A DNA stretch of 64,000 bases from the human T2T-CHM13v2.0 reference genome, Homo sapiens: assembly GCA_009914755.4 (NCBI GenBank), contig CP068257.2, forward strand, positions 17,952,001-18,016,000, written 5' to 3'. Within the stretch, counting starts at the first letter, position 1. The number at the start of each line of letters is the position of its first letter. A program made the translations under genes and the position numbers. The notes beneath the pieces were generated by a model. It did no database searches. It was not told the origin of the DNA and was given only the letters and a program-made list of their open reading frames with translations. Positions 57,925-64,000 of the stretch are shown here, one piece after another.

Positions 57925-58228
57925 CGGCCTTGGTGTGGTGGCTCACGCCTGTAATCCCAGCACTTTGGGAGGCCAAGGCAGGTGAATCACGAAGTCAGGA
58001 GATAGAGACCATCCTGGCTAACATGGCGAAACCCCGTCTCTACTAAAAATACAAAAAATTAGCCGGGCGTGGTGGCGGGCGCCTGTAGTCCCAGCTACTC
58101 GGGAAGCTGAGGCAGGAGAATGGCGTGAACCCGGAGGCGGAGCTTGCAGTGAGCCGAGATCGCGCCACTGCACTCCAGCCTGGGCGACAGAGGGAGACTC
58201 CGTCTCAAAATAAAGAAAGAAAGAAGGA
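57925..58228 (+). mobile_element. AluY-like SINE (sense), CpG-intact
   Basis: 'ggccttggtgtggtggctcacgcctgtaatcccagcactttgggaggccaaggcaggtgaatcacgaagtcaggagatagagaccatcctggctaacatggcgaaaccccgtctctactaaaaatacaaaaaattagccgggcgtggtggcgggcgcctgtagtcccagctactcgggaagctgaggcaggagaatggcgtgaacccggaggcggagcttgcagtgagccgagatcgcgccactgcactccagcctgggcgacagagggagactccgtctc' is followed by an A/GAAA-rich tail. Many CpGs are retained. Confidence 0.9.
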
Positions 58229-58623
58229 AGGTAAATGAGGAACATGTCTGAGTCCCAGTTCACATCCCTTCTCTCTAGAATGTGGCCCCTCACATTCTAT
58301 ATCCCTTTTATTGCTCTCTTATATCCTCTGAGTATTTTTGTGTATTTTATACGTTTTATACTTGTTTTCAGCAGAAAATTTAATTTGATTAAAAACTCAA
58401 CAGTCAGGACCCAATGTGGAAGTCCTATTTGTTAATATTTTTACCATTTTGAAAATAATTCTAACATAAAATTTATACATAAATATGAGAAAACGTTTGG
58501 GTCCTGAAAGTCCCCGTGTAGGTTAAAATTATCTTAGTTAACTATTTTAAGTTAAAACTGTCATTTAACACTTAGACAACCTTCAATAATGCAGCTTATT
58601 TGATTTTGCCTGCTCTGCAAGTA

Positions 58624-58698
58624 TTAGATTGGTGCAAAAGTAGTTGAAGTTTTTGAAAGTAATGGCAAAAACCGCAATTACTTTTGCACCAACATAAT
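58624..58698. mobile_element. MADE1 (Hsmar1-derived ~80-bp palindromic MITE)
   Basis: 'ttagattggtgcaaaagtagttgaagtttttgaaagtaatggcaaaaaccgcaattacttttgcaccaacataa' matches the MADE1 consensus 'ttaggttggtgcaaaagtaattgcggtttttgccattaaaagtaatggcaaaaaccgcaattacttttgcaccaacctaa', including the inverted termini. Confidence 0.85.
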
Positions 58699-60589
58699 AC
58701 TAGTTACTGATGTCAAATGAAACTTTACATATTACTTAATTACAACCAATAGTAAAAGAAGTTCATGTATTTATTTAGCAGTAACCTTCAATGGTATAAA
58801 AATGTTTTAAGAAAAAGAAAAGTTAGAATTATTGATTTTGAAGTACAAATTATGAATATTAACTGGAATTATGCATTTTGATGAGAATTTCTCATGCAGT
58901 ATGGACTCATATTTAAGGTTTAATGAGTTTAAGAGTGAAAGAATGAATCTTTTATTTCAGTGAACACTGTTTGAAATTATATTTTTTCATAATAAATAAC
59001 TAAAAGCTTGCATATACACAAACATGAAAAAAGGAAATGTAACATGATTTAATATCTAATACTTGGAAATATTAGAGGAGAAAAGCCCACTTTTCTTTAG
59101 CAAAATCATTAAAGGAATTTTAGGAAGATTCATGAAAATGTAGATGAGTGACACTAAACCACAGTGTCCTTTTAAACATTTATAAGATTTTATTACTGAA
59201 GAGTCTATACTTAAGTATAGTAATAAAAATAAAAATCATTTAATTTATTGGCAGAATATATAAATGTTAAATAAAGAGACTATGACTTGGAATAATCAAG
59301 TAAATTTGCAGTTTGGCTACTTCTACCTAATACGTCTTTAAATTCTGAGCTTCATTCAAGACAGAGCATAAGGCAATTTCTTAGGTGCTCAACTTAACTG
59401 GAGAATGATTGTTTCATCTTAAACTTTAAATAAGCAATTAAAATATAAGTTTCATTCTGCCAGTATCATGGAGAATCTCTCCCATATGGACAATTAAGCC
59501 TTAAGACAAGATTATTTTATAGTTTTTGAAAGAATAATAATGGATTTTCTCAAAAGTAGACTTAACTTTCGCTTTTAACTCTTCTTTTTTTGTAATTTAG
59601 CTATATAGTTCAGAAAGTTTTTCCAAATTTATGGTAGTAGTCTTACATTCTAGTATGTTCAGAGTGGTCAAATATGCTCTTCATTTTTATAAGAAGACTA
59701 TAGTGACGAGCTATGCTAGCTTTGATGCTCCTCTCTTTTTCTTCACCTTTTATTCATTTTTTCTTCTCTTTCTAGCAACATATCACATTATTTCTTCAGT
59801 TCTGATACTTGTGGTAAAATATATTTGTGTACTGAGTAACCTATGATAAGAAATACATAACCCGGTGTGCTAGGGTGATAAGTTGTGCAAGGCGGCAGAT
59901 CAAGGAATACAATGTGTAAAGGACATCAGGGTTATTCAGGAAGAGAAATCTGTTGGGTGACGAATGGCAAGGGATGTACTCCACACAAACAAGAACTAGA
60001 GATCTCCAGAACTTAAACAGGAAATAAAATATAACTGAAATCAAGGATTCTAGAGGAATTTCAGCAACATGTCTAAGAGAGAGACACATAAGCCAATGAA
60101 TATTTCACCAAACAACCCAAAAAGGTTACCCAGGATTTGGTACCACTCGTTCAGTGTAACATGGTGTTTATCATGTAAAACATTTAAAAGGTGACGTTGC
60201 TTTTTAGGAGAATCTGTAGTTTAAAAAGAATGTAAAAGTAGCATACAAATTTATAAAGAAAAACATTTTTTTGACAAAGTAAGGAGCACTTTAGATTTAA
60301 GGAATAATGGTAATAAAAATAAAGTATAAGGCAAAGTGCTATCTCTAGCACATAATAGTTACTCTTTATTGAGAAATTTTAGAGGCTACTCAGATAAATT
60401 ATATACATTATTTCTTGTAATTTTAACAAAAAAACTATCATCACCATGTTACTAATAAAGAAACTGAGATGTTCAGAGTTTTTGTACTTTCCATAGTTAA
60501 CATTCTCCAATACATGGCTCACAGAAAAGTCTTTGCTTTCGTTTCTCACTCATTTGTGGAAGCTAATAATTAAAACAATTGAACTCATG

Positions 60590-60945
60590 GAGATAGATAG
60601 TAGAAAAATGGTTACCAGGACCTGGGAAGGGTGGTGGGGTTGGTTAATGGTTGCAAAAATATAGTAAAGTAGAATGAATAAGATCTAGAATTTGATAGCA
60701 CAATAGGGTGGCTACAGTAAACTGTAATTTAGCATCTATTTAAAAAATAACTAAAAGAGTAGAATTGGAATGTTTATAACACAAAGAAGTGATAAGTGCT
60801 TGAGGTGATGGATACTCCATTTACCCTGATGTGATTATTTCACATTGCATGCATGTATCAAACTATTTCATGCACCCCATAAATATATACCCCTACTATG
60901 TACCCATAAAAATTTTAAAAAATTAATTTTAAAAAAAGTCTTTAC
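60590..60945 (+). mobile_element. L1 (L1M-type) 3'-end fragment
   Basis: '...gatagcacaatagggtggctacagtaaactgtaatttagcatctatttaaaaaataactaaaagagtagaattggaatgtttataacacaaagaagtgataagtgcttgaggtgatggatactccatttaccctgatgtgattatttcacattgcatgcatgtatcaaactatttcatgcaccccataaatatatacccctactatgtacccataaaaatttt' matches the L1MA/MB 3' terminus. Confidence 0.8.
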
Positions 60946-61009
60946 CTTGTACTTTGTTCTGGGAAGAATCCAAATTAAGGCATTCTATTCTAGAAATATT
61001 TCTTTGAAA

Positions 61010-61342
<333 letters not shown>

Positions 61343-63254
61343 TCATGTTTAGGAGTTATTGACTGACATTAAGAAAGCTTCACCCTTTCACTTGAATATA
61401 GGGTTCTAGCGGTGATGATCTTTATTAAACTCATGTTTGCAATCCCCAAAGAGTTTAGTGCAGTATCTTAGACACACCCAATAAATATTTGTGCAAATAA
61501 TCATATCAAGTGACTTTGTTTAATTTATGGTATCAGGACTCTTTTATAGTGATGTTTTATACAAGGCTTAATAATACGGTACCTAAAACAAATCAGAAGT
61601 ACGTTGAAGATGAAAAATATAAGTGATATAATTATTATAATATATGAATCCATATTTTTCTACCGTAATAGTAAAAGGTATACATTTAAAATTATAAATT
61701 TATAAAAATTGTAATATGAAAGTAGAAAGCATTTTTTATTTGCTAATCACAAAATGTTGTTAAAAATAGAAAGAGGGATGAAAGGTATTTGTTTTAATCA
61801 ACTAGCATCTCTGAATATAATTCAGTCAGTGCAATGCTATCTATCTGGAACATACTTTCATTCTTAAAATCATGAATCTCAATGCCTTAAATATTGTGAA
61901 TAATCCTTTTATTTAAACAGCTTGATAATTATCTCTGTTATCATAACAATAATAATGCAGTCTTTTATCTAGCCATAGTGTAAAATAATATTCTATACAT
62001 TAATGCAACTTAGAAAGCTATAAATTATTTTTGTTAATTTACTCACTGATTATTTCTATTACTCTCTGAAAGCCTATAATCTTAATCACGTAGCATTAAA
62101 TTCAAAAGAAGATTTGTTGATGATGAAAATGATTTAGATACAAACAAAAAACATTTTATATGATTAGTATGACTTTTCCAGGTCATCAATAAATAGTAAA
62201 ATACGTAATTTATTTTTTTGCTACATCATGTAGCTTATACAGTTTGCATTTTGCAATTATTCATCCCTCTTTAACCTGAGATTTAAAAGAAAATACACTC
62301 AACTCAGAGCTGGCCTGGCTACATTTCAGTCATTATCTTTGCAGAAAGAATACTTGGTTTACTGTGGTAATTAAAAGGCTGTCTTATGTATTTGGTCCAG
62401 TGAAATCAGTTTTAATACTAGCCTCTAGATATTAACACTTAACCACATAATTATAAAATCTTAGTGGTAAGGAGGAAAAGGTAACAAACAGGAATTAATT
62501 ACTCAGCCTCCTAGTTTCCAACCTCTTATCCTAGGACAGAAATTCATAATTCGATACTCTGTCATGAAAAAATACGAGTGACTATGGTTATGATGTCATT
62601 ACTGATTTTGGTTAAATACTTGTTTGCTTCTGGACTCTTTATTTTAATGCTTTCATTTTTTTCCGACTCAATAAAAACAAAAGTAGAATTATATCTCAAG
62701 TTATTGTTTGAATTTTCAGTAGTCTATAATAGCAATTCCAACTGCTGATTTCAACATAGCCAGCCCAGCATGGGCTTTCCTGCACCAGCTCCTGGCTTTT
62801 GAAGCAAAGCTAATTTCTCACACGTTCCTCTCCTGTGGGAAGGTAATTATATCAGAAATATGGGAGGTAGGGGGAAGGTCAGTGCTTGGTTTTTAAGATA
62901 TTTTGTGGTACTTTGGAAAAAATTATTTTAAAATATCACAATTTGTAAAACACACAAACTACTCCACTCCAGTCCAGTGGTACTGACCGATACATCTTCA
63001 TTCATTCATTCATCCATTTATTTATTTACTAAATAATTCTTGACTTGCAAATATGTTCCAAGTGTTTGGCTAGATGTGTAATAAGCACTGAGTTTGTACT
63101 ACTTGCCTGTGTAAAATGTATAATAGAGTGGGTATCTCAGGAAATAAGCAAACACACAAAAAAGTAAATAACTATAACATGCGACATGTTAGGAAGATAG
63201 AGAATACAGTTACAGAGAACAGTATGGAATATAACTTAATTTAAAAGTTCTTTT

Positions 63255-63603
<349 letters not shown>

Positions 63604-64000
63604 AACCCAGAAGTTTCTTTAAAAGAAGTCACCTGTTTTAGTTTTTAGAAGGAAAGGAAAGAACCACATATATGAAGATAGTGTTATAGAAAAGAATCAT
63701 GAGTAAGTCAGGCTTTAACAGAGAAAGGGTCATTTGGAAGATTTGGGAAACAGAACACCAGTGTTCCTGGGGAAACATCCTGACTAAAGAGGAAAGAAAC
63801 TTTAAAGAAAGAAACTGTAATAGATAACTGGGGAACAAAATAGGCTATAGAACATAATGTAGATTTCATCTAAAGTATGATGCTGAGAGTTGAAGGGTTT
63901 TAAGCTAATTTTTTTTTTTTAAGTCTGGCGGTAGAATGAGTGGAGGGGGAAACAAGATTTGAGGGACCAGGCAGATATTGACTGCAATTGTAGAGAGAAG

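Overview
This window is primate (human-type) nuclear genomic DNA, not a prokaryotic or phage sequence. It is visibly AT-rich, has no CpG island, and is densely populated with interspersed repeats. I can support 14 Alu SINEs (two look like young AluY), at least six LINE-1 pieces, about ten ERVL-MaLR LTRs, one MADE1 mariner MITE, a three-copy unclassified repeat family, and a dozen microsatellites or short tandem duplications.

The most notable features are:
- a ~3 kb L1 carrying a decayed ORF2 (reverse transcriptase), at 41280-44250;
- a full-length ~2.3 kb THE1/MST-type MaLR element with both LTRs and an Alu nested in its 5' LTR, at 35930-38539;
- a processed pseudogene of ribosomal protein L37 (RPL37), at about 2233-2610.

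I found no convincing protein-coding exon, rRNA, tRNA or CRISPR array. The six-frame ORF track gives only short ORFs (143 aa or less). Almost all lie inside Alu, L1, LTR or microsatellite sequence, or in AT-rich DNA with no recognisable homology.

I see no evidence for a novel 'biological system' (operon or defence island). The honest reading is a gene-poor intergenic or intronic, repeat-rich region. The items worth a second look are structural oddities of the transposable elements and a few unclassified or CpG-retaining unique segments. Coordinates were read by eye and are good to roughly +/-5 bp for repeat ends. Subfamily names are approximate and should be confirmed with RepeatMasker/Dfam.
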